Translations under genes and position numbers: made by a program
In this document: positions 35,974 through 47,863 of the stretch, one piece after another
Position numbering within the stretch: position 1 is the stretch's first letter
Layout: every line of letters starts with the position of its first letter
The notes under the pieces: generated by a model
Told to the model about the DNA's origin: nothing
Seen by the model: the letters and a program-made list of their open reading frames with translations, nothing else
Databases searched by the model: none
Assembly (NCBI GenBank): GCA_030583805.1
Contig: CP129476.1
Coordinates: 53,453 to 117,452, forward strand
DNA length: 64,000 bases
From: Patescibacteria group bacterium
GTDB taxonomy: Bacteria > Patescibacteriota > Patescibacteriia > SG8-24 > DYFX01
Direction: 5' to 3'

Positions 35974-37275
35974 GTGTTGACCTACACTGTGGGCATGCTC
36001 AACGCGTTCAAGGGCGCCGCCACGCGCCTTCTTCTCTGGTCGCAAAAATATACGAAAACCGACATGCGGTACGTCGCGCATGGCGGCTTTTGGATGTCCT
36101 TGAACCTCGTCCTGTCGTCCGCCGTCTCCGTCGCGCTCGCAATCGTCTTTGCCAACCTCTTGCCGAAAGAGGTCTACGGTTACTACAAATACGTTTTGTC
36201 CGTCGGCAGTTTGTTCGGTTTCCTGACGTTCACCGGCATGAACGCTGCGGTTTCGCAGGCGGTCGCGCGCGGTCAGGACGGCGCGTTTCCGTACGCCGTC
36301 CGCATCCAGCTGAAGTGGAACCTGCTGCTCGCCGTCGTTTTATCAGGTGTCGGTATCTACTACCTCTTGAACGGCAGCCAGAAGCTCGGCATTCCACTCC
36401 TGTTCCTCGCCATTGGTTCGCCCTTGGCCGCGGCCTACACGACCTACGGCGCCTATCTCGGAGGCAAGAAAGACTTCAAGACGGCTTCGCAGTATTCGAC
36501 GGCGGCAGTCGTGTTGTACGCGCTCACCATGTGCGCTGCCGTGCTCATTACGAAAGACGTGCGATGGCTCGCCGCGACGTATGCGATCAGCTCGGCTGTG
36601 ATCGCCTTCCTCTTCCATCGTCTCACCGTACGCAAATATCAGCCGCAGGGTCTGGAAGAGGAGGAGCGCAAGAAGATGCTGACGCTCGGCAAGCACTTGT
36701 CGCTGACGAACGTCCTCGGTTCGCTGGCGCAGTACGTCGACAGCATCGTCGTCTTCAAATTCGGCGACGCGACGGAGCTGGCCATTTACGCTTTCGCCAA
36801 CGTGATTCCCGACCGGTTGCGCGGTTTCATGAAGCGCGCGCTCGGCATCGTGGCCCCGAAGATCGCGGACAAGACGCCGAGGGAGGCATACGTATCGCTC
36901 GGCCTTCGCATTGCGCAAGGACTTATCGTCGGCGCCGCGCTTGCCGCGGTCTACTGGCTGCTCTCGCCGTTCGTCTTCAAGTATATTTTTCCGCAGTACG
37001 TGGTCTCAACCTTCTACTCGCAGCTGATCGCGCTCGGGTTCCTTCTCGTCATTCCGGCAACGTACAGTTCGCAAGTGATGCAGGCTCAGCATTTGTACAC
37101 GCCGCTGTACGTCGGCACGACGATCGGAAACCTGTTCCGCATTTTCGCGATCATTGCCGGCGGTTTCTTCGGTGGCGTCATCGGCGTCATCGTCGCTCGC
37201 CTTGCGGCCAACGTGTTCGCGACCGCGCTGACGCTTCTGCTCATTCGTCGTGACTTGCGAAAACTCACTGCGTAA
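35974..37275 (+). CDS. Wzx-like polysaccharide flippase (MOP superfamily, polysaccharide biosynthesis protein)
   Basis: About 12-14 TM segments. PF01943-like organisation. Start is TTG 35974 or ATG 35992. Confidence 0.8.
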   Translation: MLTYTVGMLNAFKGAATRLLLWSQKYTKTDMRYVAHGGFWMSLNLVLSSAVSVALAIVFANLLPKEVYGYYKYVLSVGSLFGFLTFTGMNAAVSQAVARGQDGAFPYAVRIQLKWNLLLAVVLSGVGIYYLLNGSQKLGIPLLFLAIGSPLAAAYTTYGAYLGGKKDFKTASQYSTAAVVLYALTMCAAVLITKDVRWLAATYAISSAVIAFLFHRLTVRKYQPQGLEEEERKKMLTLGKHLSLTNVLGSLAQYVDSIVVFKFGDATELAIYAFANVIPDRLRGFMKRALGIVAPKIADKTPREAYVSLGLRIAQGLIVGAALAAVYWLLSPFVFKYIFPQYVVSTFYSQLIALGFLLVIPATYSSQVMQAQHLYTPLYVGTTIGNLFRIFAIIAGGFFGGVIGVIVARLAANVFATALTLLLIRRDLRKLTA

Positions 37276-37276
37276 T

Positions 37277-38251
37277 ATGGCTGCACCCGCGCATCTTGCC
37301 GCCGCTTTCGGCGAGCGCCTGAAGGAAAACGAACCGCTCGCGAAGCACGTCCACATCCGCATTGGCGGACCGGCGGATTTGTATCTTGAAGCGAAAAGTT
37401 CCGACGAGATCGTCCAGGCCGTCGAAGCCGCGATCGCCGAAGGACTCCCGTTCGCGATTTTTGGCGGAGGTTCGAACACATTGCCGAGCGACGACGGTTT
37501 TCGCGGTCTCGTCATCCAAGCGGCGAATCGGAATTGGAGCATTGACGGTACGCGCGTGATCGCCGAAGCGGGCGTGCCGTCAGGTTTCCTGGCGCGCAAA
37601 ACCGCCGAGGCCGGGCTCACCGGCCTTGAATGGGCCGTTTCGCTGCCCGGCACGATCGGCGGCGCCGTACGCGGCAATGCCGGCTGCTTCGGCGGGGAAA
37701 CCAAAGATGCTTTTGTTTCGGCGGAAACGCTGCTCGTGACCGACGGGCGCGCGTTTCGGGCGATCTGCACCAAGAACGAGTGCGGTTTCGGCTATCGCGA
37801 GTCTCGTTTTAAGCGTAGCCGGGACGTGATTCTCTCGGCGGAGTTTGCGCTCGCGGTCGCGCCGAAAGAGACGTGCTTGGCGAGGCTCGAAGAAGTGCTT
37901 TCAAAGCGCAAAGCCGATCAGCCGAGCGATGCGCCGTCGGCGGGCTGCATGTTCAAGAACTTCGACTTTAAGGATGAGGCCGTATTGGCCAAGTTGAAGG
38001 AGCGCGTCGAGGTTCCCGAGGCGTTTCTGCGCGCCAAACGCCTTCCGGCCGGCTGGCTGATCGAGCAGGCCGACATGAAAGGCAAAGCCATCGGAGCCGC
38101 CAAAGTGTCGGAAAAACACGGAAATTTCCTGCTGAATCTCGGAGGCGCGACAGCCTCGGACGTACTGCAGCTGATTTCGCTCATCAAGATGCGCATTCGC
38201 AACGAGTTCGGCATCCAGCTTGAAGAAGAGGTGCAGTTGCTCGGATTCTGA
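37277..38251 (+). CDS. murB: UDP-N-acetylenolpyruvoylglucosamine reductase
   Basis: FAD-binding domain (IRIGGPADLY, FGGGSNTL) and MurB C-terminal domain. Start at ATG 37277 (MAAPAHL). Confidence 0.9.
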   Translation: MAAPAHLAAAFGERLKENEPLAKHVHIRIGGPADLYLEAKSSDEIVQAVEAAIAEGLPFAIFGGGSNTLPSDDGFRGLVIQAANRNWSIDGTRVIAEAGVPSGFLARKTAEAGLTGLEWAVSLPGTIGGAVRGNAGCFGGETKDAFVSAETLLVTDGRAFRAICTKNECGFGYRESRFKRSRDVILSAEFALAVAPKETCLARLEEVLSKRKADQPSDAPSAGCMFKNFDFKDEAVLAKLKERVEVPEAFLRAKRLPAGWLIEQADMKGKAIGAAKVSEKHGNFLLNLGGATASDVLQLISLIKMRIRNEFGIQLEEEVQLLGF

Positions 38252-38274
38252 ACTTCCGTTACGCTGCCACCACT

Positions 38275-39285
38275 ATGCAGAAAACCGCCATTATCACCGG
38301 CATCCTCGGCCAGGACGGCCCCTATCTCGCCAAGCTGCTCTTGGAAAAAGACTATCGCGTTTTCGGACTCATGCAGCGCCACTCGGCTCCGAATTTCGAG
38401 AACACCGATTGGCTGGGCGTGACCGACAAGATCGAGTTCGTGACCGGCGACATGACGGATGAGGGTTCGCTTCTGCATCTCGTGCGCTCGATCCGTCCCG
38501 CCGAAGTCTACAACCTGGCGGCGCAGTCGTTCGTCGGCGCGTCGTGGGATCTCGCCCGCGTCACGACGGAGGTTAACAGCCTTGGCGTGCTGCATCTTTT
38601 GAACGCGCTCAAGTACCACCAGCCGACCGGAAAGTTTTACCAGGCGGCGACGAGCGAGATGTTCGGCAACAATCACGATAACGGCGTGCAAACGGAAACG
38701 ACGTCCTTCCGTCCGCGCAGCCCGTACGGCATCTCGAAAGTCTACGCCTACTGGATGACCGTCAACTTCCGCGAGAGCTTCGGCATGCATACGTCGAACG
38801 GTATCCTCTTCAATCACGAATCGCCGATCCGCGGAAAGGAATTCGTGACCCGCAAAATCAGCGATGCGGTCGCCAAGATCAAGCTCGGCCTTCAAGACAA
38901 GATCATGCTCGGCAACCTCGACGCCAAGCGCGACTGGGGTTTCGCCGGCGATTACGTCGAGGCGATGTGGATGATGCTCCAGCAGCCCGAAGGCGGCGAT
39001 TATCTCGTTGCGACGGGGGAGCCGCACTCGATCCGCGAATTCCTCGACCTCGCTTTCAAGCATGTCGGCATCGACGACTGGAGCGATCTGGTCGGCATCG
39101 ATCCGCGCTTCAAGCGCCCGGCGGAAATCCATGCTCTCAAAGGCTCGCCGCAGAAGGCTACCGAAACATTGGGTTGGAAGCCGAAGGTCTCCTTTGAAGA
39201 ACTCGTTGCCATGATGGTCGACGCCGATCTCGAACGACAGCGCGTCAAGGCTGAAACGCCGGCGTTCTCGGTCAAAGCCGTCTGA
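38275..39285 (+). CDS. gmd: GDP-mannose 4,6-dehydratase
   Basis: 336 aa. ITGILGQDGPYLAKLLLEKDY, SEMFG, YGISKVYAYW. Classic Gmd. Confidence 0.9.
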   Translation: MQKTAIITGILGQDGPYLAKLLLEKDYRVFGLMQRHSAPNFENTDWLGVTDKIEFVTGDMTDEGSLLHLVRSIRPAEVYNLAAQSFVGASWDLARVTTEVNSLGVLHLLNALKYHQPTGKFYQAATSEMFGNNHDNGVQTETTSFRPRSPYGISKVYAYWMTVNFRESFGMHTSNGILFNHESPIRGKEFVTRKISDAVAKIKLGLQDKIMLGNLDAKRDWGFAGDYVEAMWMMLQQPEGGDYLVATGEPHSIREFLDLAFKHVGIDDWSDLVGIDPRFKRPAEIHALKGSPQKATETLGWKPKVSFEELVAMMVDADLERQRVKAETPAFSVKAV

Positions 39286-39290
39286 CCCCG

Positions 39291-39331
39291 GAAAGAGGCC
39301 GCCCTTGCATGGGACGGCTCTTTCCTTTAAA
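39291..39331 (+). terminator. possible intrinsic terminator after gmd
   Basis: Imperfect ~10-bp stem GAAAGAGGCCG / CGGCTCTTTC followed by a CTTTCCTTTAAA T-rich run. Confidence 0.4.
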
Positions 39332-39359
39332 GTAGAGCCACTAAAATAGGCTGTTCTCT

Positions 39360-39671
39360 ATGACCATTGATCGCATCAAAGCCACGGGAATCGAGCTTAC
39401 CGACGCTATTCGGGACGCTGTCGAGAAGGACCTCGCCGCGCTCGCGCCGATCACGGCTCGCTTCGGCGACGGCACCTCGGTCGACGTTGAAGTCGGCAAG
39501 ACGACGAATCATCACCACAAGGGCGAGATTTTCCGCGCCGAGATGAACCTGCATATTCCCGGCAAGACGATCCGCGTCGAAGAAGTCGCCGAGGATCTCT
39601 ACGCCGCCATCAAAGAAGCGGCGCGCACGCTCAGCCGCGAAGTGGTCAAAGAAAAGGAACGCCACGACTGA
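39360..39671 (+). CDS. hpf: ribosome hibernation promoting factor / RaiA family (short HPF)
   Basis: 103 aa. [25 protein letters not shown]...[24 protein letters not shown]. Confidence 0.85.
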   Translation: MTIDRIKATGIELTDAIRDAVEKDLAALAPITARFGDGTSVDVEVGKTTNHHHKGEIFRAEMNLHIPGKTIRVEEVAEDLYAAIKEAARTLSREVVKEKERHD

Positions 39672-39676
39672 TTTTC

Positions 39677-42403
<2,727 letters not shown>

Positions 42404-42493
42404 CTTGTCGCAAGCTCCAAGACGCCTTCGTTCGTACTATGACGTGGTCGTCGAGGCATAGTGGTATGCTAAGAAAGATCGCGTACCCTCCCT

Positions 42494-43282
42494 ATGCCTA
42501 AAGCCGTTGTTGTTATTCCCGCCCGGATGGCCTCAACCCGCTATCCCGGCAAACCCAAAGCGCTCATCGCCGGCGTGCCGATGATTGAGCGCGTTTGGCG
42601 TATCGCGAAAGCGGTGCCCTCGGCCGACCGCGTGATCATCGCCACCGATGACGAGGGCTTGAAGTCGTTTTGCGAAGGGTTCGGCGCCGAAGTGGCGATG
42701 ACGAGTCCGGACTGCCTGACTGGCACCGACCGCGTGGCCGAAGTCGCCGCCAAGCTTCCGGAATACGACATCGTGTTCAATTTGCAGGGCGACGCCGTGC
42801 TGACACCTCCGCATGTCATCGAGGCGCTTCTCAAAACAATGAAGGAAGAACCGGAGGCGCCGATGGCGACGCCGATCGTCCATCTGAAGGACGAAGCGCT
42901 TGAATCGTTTTTGGAAAAAAAGCGCACGGGCAGCACGACCGGCACGACCGTCGTCTTCGACCTCAAGGGATACGCGATGTATTTTTCGAAGCTCGTGATC
43001 CCGAACGTCCGCGACAAGAAGGATTTCGACGGCGAACCGCCGATCTACCGCCACATCGGTCTCTACGCGTACCGGCCGGACGTGCTCGCCACGTTCGCTT
43101 CGCTGCCGGAAGGCCGTTTCGAGCGCGCCGAGCGGCTGGAGTACCTGCGACTGCTTGAAAACGGCATTCGCATCCGCTGCGTCGAAGTCGACATGCAAGG
43201 CCGCACGATGGCGTCCGTCGATAATTTTGAGGATATTGCCGTGGTCGAAGACCTGATTGCGAAAGAAGGCGAGCTGCTATGA
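42494..43282 (+). CDS. kdsB: 3-deoxy-manno-octulosonate cytidylyltransferase (CMP-Kdo synthetase)
   Basis: 262 aa. IPARMASTRYPGKP, TGTDRVAEV, GYAMYFSK, RHIGLYAYR. Close motif match to E. coli KdsB. Confidence 0.85.
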   Translation: MPKAVVVIPARMASTRYPGKPKALIAGVPMIERVWRIAKAVPSADRVIIATDDEGLKSFCEGFGAEVAMTSPDCLTGTDRVAEVAAKLPEYDIVFNLQGDAVLTPPHVIEALLKTMKEEPEAPMATPIVHLKDEALESFLEKKRTGSTTGTTVVFDLKGYAMYFSKLVIPNVRDKKDFDGEPPIYRHIGLYAYRPDVLATFASLPEGRFERAERLEYLRLLENGIRIRCVEVDMQGRTMASVDNFEDIAVVEDLIAKEGELL

Positions 43283-43923
43283 AGCTCGTCGTCGCTCGGC
43301 ACGGAACAACGTTCAAGCCCGACGAGGAAAGCCGATACCAAGGCCAGCGTCTCGATTTGCCGCTCAGCGCGCTCGGCCGCGCGCAAGCGAAGCGCCTCGT
43401 CTTTTCGCTTCGCCGTCACGGCATCAAGCCGGATCGGGTCGTGAGCGGCCCGCATCTGCGCCAGCGCGAGACGGCCGAGATCATCGCCGCCGCGTACAAG
43501 CTCCCGACGCCGTCGGTCGAGCCCCTTTTTTCTGAAATCGATTACGGGCCGTGGGAGGGTTTGTCCGGCAAGGACGCGGCCGCGCGCTGGCCGGAAGCGA
43601 CGCGGGGATGGAAAAAGAAAGGCGTCTGGCCCGGCCTGTTTGGCGGCTCCTTCGAGGCGCATGTCGAGGCCTTGCGCGCATGGATCGCCCGGCTGCCGGA
43701 AGAGGGTACGACGCTGGCCGTGAGCAGCCAAGGCCTCATGCGCGCCATGTATGCCGCAGTTGATCCGGACGCGTGGAAAAGCGCCTGCCAGGCGGGTCGC
43801 GCAACCGTTGCGAATCTCAAGACCGGCGCTTGGGGCGAAATCGGCGGCACGCCCGCACGCCCGCGTCTCCTTAGGTGGCAGCGCGAGCCGTCGTGGATCG
43901 ACTGGTTGCCGTTTTTCTTTTGA
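43279..43923 (+). CDS. histidine phosphatase superfamily (phosphoglycerate-mutase-like) protein
   Basis: 214 aa. N-terminal RHG motif (MKLVVARHGTT). ATGA overlap with the kdsB stop. Confidence 0.7.
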   Translation: MKLVVARHGTTFKPDEESRYQGQRLDLPLSALGRAQAKRLVFSLRRHGIKPDRVVSGPHLRQRETAEIIAAAYKLPTPSVEPLFSEIDYGPWEGLSGKDAAARWPEATRGWKKKGVWPGLFGGSFEAHVEALRAWIARLPEEGTTLAVSSQGLMRAMYAAVDPDAWKSACQAGRATVANLKTGAWGEIGGTPARPRLLRWQREPSWIDWLPFFF

Positions 43924-43938
43924 ATCTAGGAATGGACT

Positions 43939-45378
43939 ATGGACACGACGTCTGTCGCCCTTGAGCAGCTGCGCGCGTTCAACCGCATGGTCTCCGAGAC
44001 ACCTGAACTTCGATCCAGGCTTGTCGAAGGTTCGTACGACGTTTTGCAGCAGCAGCAAGCGCGGTTATTTGCCGCTTTGCGCGGCCGGCTGAAAAAGTCA
44101 GGTACGGACGGCGAGGGTTCGCAAGGCGGCAGAATGCGCGCGTATGCCGACGCCGCCGCGGCGCTGCTGCTCACGGCCTGGTCCGCCGCGTCGCGTCGCG
44201 CGGATATCGTGGTGTTCGCGGTCGACATGATCAGTGCGGACGGTGACCACGATTTTCGGCTCGACGGCTTGTACCGCGCATTGCGCGCCAGGAACCTGCG
44301 CACGGTCGAAGTGCTTCATACGCTGATCGGCAGCACGACGCTCGCGCACGCCAGAAGCCGCAAGCGCGCGGCGGCCTATCATGAAGCGTTCGAGATCCTG
44401 GCGCGGCTCTGGTTCCGCTTTTGCCGATGCCGCCCGAAACTGCGCGCGCTCGCCGCGGCGCTGCCGTGCGAGGCGTTTCCTGAAGGGGAGCGCCCTTTCA
44501 TCCGCAAGCTCGCGTTGCAATCCATGGAAGCGGCGCTGTATGCGCCGTTCAAGGTGCGGCTATATCGCTGGCTGTTGCGCCGGCTCAAGCCCTGTGCGGT
44601 ACTCGGGATCGACGACACGCGCTACTACCACGATTTGGTGGCCGCCGCACGCGACCTTGGTATCCCGTTCCACGCATTCCAGCACGGGCTGTATACCGTG
44701 TCTCATGTCGGCTGGCTCGACGACGGGTACGGCTCCAACGCGAAAAAGATTCGACCGGACACGCTCGTCGTATGGAGCGAGTACTGGAAGCGCGAACTAC
44801 TGCGGTTGGGAACCTATTTTTCGGAGAACGATCTGCTGATCGGCGGAAGTCCCAAGCGCGAGAAAGACATCAATCCGCCTCCGCCGTCCCCGTCGGGTGG
44901 CTTTGGCGTGCTCGTGCCGTACGAGACAGGCGCCCCGAAACATGAAGTCAGCGTCTTTCTGAAAGCGTTTTTAGACGACCCGGCCATCACTGTCTTTTTC
45001 AAAGCGCGCCCCGACATGACGCACGAAGCGCAGCTGAAAGAGTACGGGCTGGAAACGTCGCCTCGTCTTGTCATCGTCGAGAAGGACGTCGAGAGCCGCT
45101 TGCCGGACATCCACGCCGTCGTCGGCGTCTGCTCTACGTATTTGTATGATGCGCTCGCATTCCGCCGCCCGGTCGTCATCATCGAAACGAGCCGTACGAG
45201 CGGCATGGCCATGGTACACAACGGTCTCGCCGGCTTCTTGCCGAAGGGCTCCGATGCCGCAGCCCTGAAAAGCCTCGCGGCATCGTCGCAGTCCAAGGCG
45301 GAAGAGCGCGCCCGCGCCTATCTTGGCGGAGGCGTTTCGCTCGATCAAACCTTGGACGCGCTCCTCGCCGGCTCTTGA
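43939..45378 (+). CDS. putative GT-B fold glycosyl/glycerophospho-transferase (KpsS/KpsC- or TagF-like C-terminal domain)
   Basis: 479 aa. C-terminal VVGVCSTYLYDALAFRRPVVIIE resembles the CDP-glycerol glycerophosphotransferase / capsule Kdo-transferase C-motif. Weak assignment. Confidence 0.4.
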   Translation: MDTTSVALEQLRAFNRMVSETPELRSRLVEGSYDVLQQQQARLFAALRGRLKKSGTDGEGSQGGRMRAYADAAAALLLTAWSAASRRADIVVFAVDMISADGDHDFRLDGLYRALRARNLRTVEVLHTLIGSTTLAHARSRKRAAAYHEAFEILARLWFRFCRCRPKLRALAAALPCEAFPEGERPFIRKLALQSMEAALYAPFKVRLYRWLLRRLKPCAVLGIDDTRYYHDLVAAARDLGIPFHAFQHGLYTVSHVGWLDDGYGSNAKKIRPDTLVVWSEYWKRELLRLGTYFSENDLLIGGSPKREKDINPPPPSPSGGFGVLVPYETGAPKHEVSVFLKAFLDDPAITVFFKARPDMTHEAQLKEYGLETSPRLVIVEKDVESRLPDIHAVVGVCSTYLYDALAFRRPVVIIETSRTSGMAMVHNGLAGFLPKGSDAAALKSLAASSQSKAEERARAYLGGGVSLDQTLDALLAGS

Positions 45379-45442
45379 GCTCTTGTACCATCGGTCGAAG
45401 AGCGTTAGGGTTGCGCCGTCCACGGTTTGAAAGAAGGAGCGC

Positions 45443-46054
45443 ATGAATCCCAAGCAGGAAACGATTGCCGCCTACGAGGCGTTTCCCAAAGACTTCGACG
45501 TCGAGTTTGAGCGGCACATGCGTCTCTACAACATGGGGCATGTCGAGCGTTTCCTGTGCTGCGTTCGCGGGGCGAGTATCCTCGACCTCGGAGCCGGCCC
45601 GGGCAACTACGCCGCCGAGTTTGCCGATCGCGGATTCGATGTCCTTTGCGGAGACCTTTCGCCCAGGATGGTCGAGTACTGCCGCCGCAAAGGCCTTGCC
45701 GCCGAGGTGCTCGATATCGAGACGTTCGATCTTCAGCGTCGCTTCAACGGCATCTGGGCAAACGCGGTTCTGCTGCATCTCCCTAAGACGGCTCTCCCAT
45801 CGGTCTTTGAACGCATCGCTCAACACCTGGTTCCCGGCGGCGTGTTCGCATGTTCCGTCAAAGAGGGGGAGGGCGAGGGGTTGAAAGACGATCCGGACTA
45901 CCCCGGCACGCGGCGCTTCTTCAGCTACTACGCTGAAGAAGAGTTCCGAACGCTGCTCATGCCGCGTTTCGCGATCACAGCGTTCGAACGGACGCCGTCG
46001 CGTTCCGGTCAGACGGTTTTCATCAAGTATCTGACGCACCTGCGGCCGACATGA
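45443..46054 (+). CDS. class I SAM-dependent methyltransferase
   Basis: 203 aa. Motif I ILDLGAGPGNYA and acidic post-I residue (CGDLS). Confidence 0.75.
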   Translation: MNPKQETIAAYEAFPKDFDVEFERHMRLYNMGHVERFLCCVRGASILDLGAGPGNYAAEFADRGFDVLCGDLSPRMVEYCRRKGLAAEVLDIETFDLQRRFNGIWANAVLLHLPKTALPSVFERIAQHLVPGGVFACSVKEGEGEGLKDDPDYPGTRRFFSYYAEEEFRTLLMPRFAITAFERTPSRSGQTVFIKYLTHLRPT

Positions 46055-46539
46055 GCCCTGTTGGTCATCGCTCCACTCCGATGGTAAAATCTCGCCATCG
46101 GATTTTTTTATCCACACCCGCCTCTATGCCCAGCCTAGAAGAAGTGCACGGACGCTTGCGCGTGAAGGCCCGCGAAAAAAGCGAGCTGCAGAAAGCCTTC
46201 AAAGACGAGCTCGCGAACAATCCCCGTTACCAGCAAATCGCTGAACAACTCAAGGTCTTGAAAGAGGAAAAGAAGTCGATCGAGAACCAAGTCTGGGCCG
46301 CCTCGTCGGCGGACGCGCAGAAACTCGACCTCTTGGCGCTCGACATCAAGTCCGACCGCGAGATGCTCTCCGAGCTGGCGCTCAATATGTACGTAAAAGG
46401 GGAAACCGTGCAGATCGTCGACGAGTTCCAAGCGCGTTGGGTTCCGAAGTTCGCCGTGACGTTTAAGAAAGATGACGAGATGCAGGAGGAGCGCTCGTCC
46501 GCTGCCGCTGAAGTTCCTGAACCGGATTTCGCGGCGTAA
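46051..46539 (+). CDS. hypothetical coiled-coil protein (start possibly internal at ATG 46126)
   Basis: Charged helical sequence, no domain match. ATGA overlap with the methyltransferase stop at 46051. Confidence 0.4.
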   Translation: MSPVGHRSTPMVKSRHRIFLSTPASMPSLEEVHGRLRVKAREKSELQKAFKDELANNPRYQQIAEQLKVLKEEKKSIENQVWAASSADAQKLDLLALDIKSDREMLSELALNMYVKGETVQIVDEFQARWVPKFAVTFKKDDEMQEERSSAAAEVPEPDFAA

Positions 46540-46554
46540 CTCCCACTCCTCCGT

Positions 46555-47199
46555 ATGGAAGAAAAATCGATTCAAAAACTGAACGCGGGTATTTCCGTCG
46601 TGTTCATCGCCGCCGCCTTGGTGCTCTTCGGCGTCGCGCTTAAAAATCGGAATGCCGCCGAGCCCGCTGCCGAACCGCCCGCCTCCACAAGCGCGCCTTC
46701 CCAGGAGTCGCAGCAGTACCAGGATCTCGCGGGCATGCGTCAGCTCGAGCTGGCCAAGGATTTCGCAAGTTGGACGCCCGAAGCCAAGCTTGAAACCGAA
46801 AAAACGCGCAGCGGCATGCTGGCCGTCACGGGCAAGATTGCCAAAGCGTTCTTGATCGTCAAAGCCTCCGTCGATGGCAAGCCGCTCACGAAGTACGAGA
46901 GCGTTTTCGTCAAGCTGAATGATGCCGGAGGACACCTGTTCCGCCCACAGTCGCTCCCGAGCCCGGATTCCGGAGTGACGAGCCTGCTCTTCGACCTGAG
47001 CGCCGTCCCGGTTTTGCCGAGCATTCCGTACGACGAGACGCGCACGCCCGACCAAGCCGACCTTTCGGCAGTCTTGCTGGACGGAAAATCCGTCAGGCTC
47101 ACGGCGTTCATCTCCTCGTTGCGCCCGGCGCTGCTTGAAGAGCTCACGCTCTCGTACGTTTGCGCCGAGGATTCCGATTGCAACGTCGTCGCCAAGTAA
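46555..47199 (+). CDS. hypothetical membrane-anchored protein (N-terminal TM, Pro/Ala-rich linker)
   Basis: 214 aa. TM helix ISVVFIAAALVLFGVAL. Confidence 0.5.
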   Translation: MEEKSIQKLNAGISVVFIAAALVLFGVALKNRNAAEPAAEPPASTSAPSQESQQYQDLAGMRQLELAKDFASWTPEAKLETEKTRSGMLAVTGKIAKAFLIVKASVDGKPLTKYESVFVKLNDAGGHLFRPQSLPSPDSGVTSLLFDLSAVPVLPSIPYDETRTPDQADLSAVLLDGKSVRLTAFISSLRPALLEELTLSYVCAEDSDCNVVAK

Positions 47200-47226
47200 A
47201 AAGAAAAACCCCGATGTTATTCGGGG
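47198..47226 (-). terminator. intrinsic terminator for minus-strand gene 47233-47691 (hairpin shared with the end of the plus-strand gene)
   Basis: Hairpin CCCCGA-TGTTAT-TCGGGG. The plus-strand A-tract 47198-47208 becomes a T-tract on the minus strand immediately after the stop at 47233. Confidence 0.6.
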
Positions 47227-47232
47227 CGGAGA

Positions 47233-47691
47233 TCACTTCGCGGCCGCTGCCTTCAGGGCGGCGGCCTTTCGCTTCTGATCGCTCCGATCGGCGATCTTGA
47301 GCGCGAGGAGACCGAGGAACGTCGCGCCGCCGCCGAGAGCGAACGGTGCCCAGTGCGGCGCGTAGAGCAGGGCGGGGAACGCCGCCGCAAGCCCAGAGAG
47401 GGGGAGTAGGAGCCAGAGGCGGTTCCTCAGGATCGCGACCAGGCTGTAGATGCCGAGGATCGCGGCGGCGCCGTATGCCGCAATCAGGGCGACCCAGCCT
47501 CCGGTAGCCTGGATGTCGGCCGAGAAGCTCGAGGTGAAGAAGATCCAGTCGTTGCGGGAGAGGCCGAGGCCGACGGCGACGGCTGTGCCGAACAGCGCGG
47601 CGAGCACCCAGAACGTGGTGAGCATCGTTTTCGCGACTTTCCGGTATCCCTTGCTGATGTCCGGAATAACGTACGATTGCGGATCCTTCAT
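47233..47691 (-). CDS. hypothetical small integral membrane protein (4 TM)
   Basis: 152 aa, hydrophobic. No domain match. Confidence 0.55.
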   Translation of the reverse strand: MKDPQSYVIPDISKGYRKVAKTMLTTFWVLAALFGTAVAVGLGLSRNDWIFFTSSFSADIQATGGWVALIAAYGAAAILGIYSLVAILRNRLWLLLPLSGLAAAFPALLYAPHWAPFALGGGATFLGLLALKIADRSDQKRKAAALKAAAAK

Positions 47692-47774
47692 CGGTTCCTC
47701 CTCTGTGGTTTGCGCTCAGGCCACTGTAGGCTACCACCGCCGAAACGTCAATATTCAAAAGGTTTTCTGCCACG

Positions 47775-47803
47775 TTGCCTTTTTTCGCGAGCTTCTTTAT
47801 ACT
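47775..47803 (+). promoter_or_regulatory. sigma70-like promoter candidate (TTGCCT-17-TATACT) upstream of secD
   Basis: TTGCCT 47775-47780, 17-nt spacer, TATACT 47798-47803, about 60 nt before the secD ATG. Confidence 0.45.
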
Positions 47804-47863
47804 GCCTCCGTATTGTGGATGGTGAGGATGTTCCTGATCTGACTTGACCCCAGATTTTCCCGT

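Noticed and set aside
33208-36081. 957-aa minus-strand ORF across the 621-bp repeats
   Set aside because: Extremely Arg/Gly-rich antisense frame. The plus-strand frame has a signal peptide and a sensible domain-like composition.
37918-39132. 404-aa minus-strand ORF
   Set aside because: Shadow of gmd.
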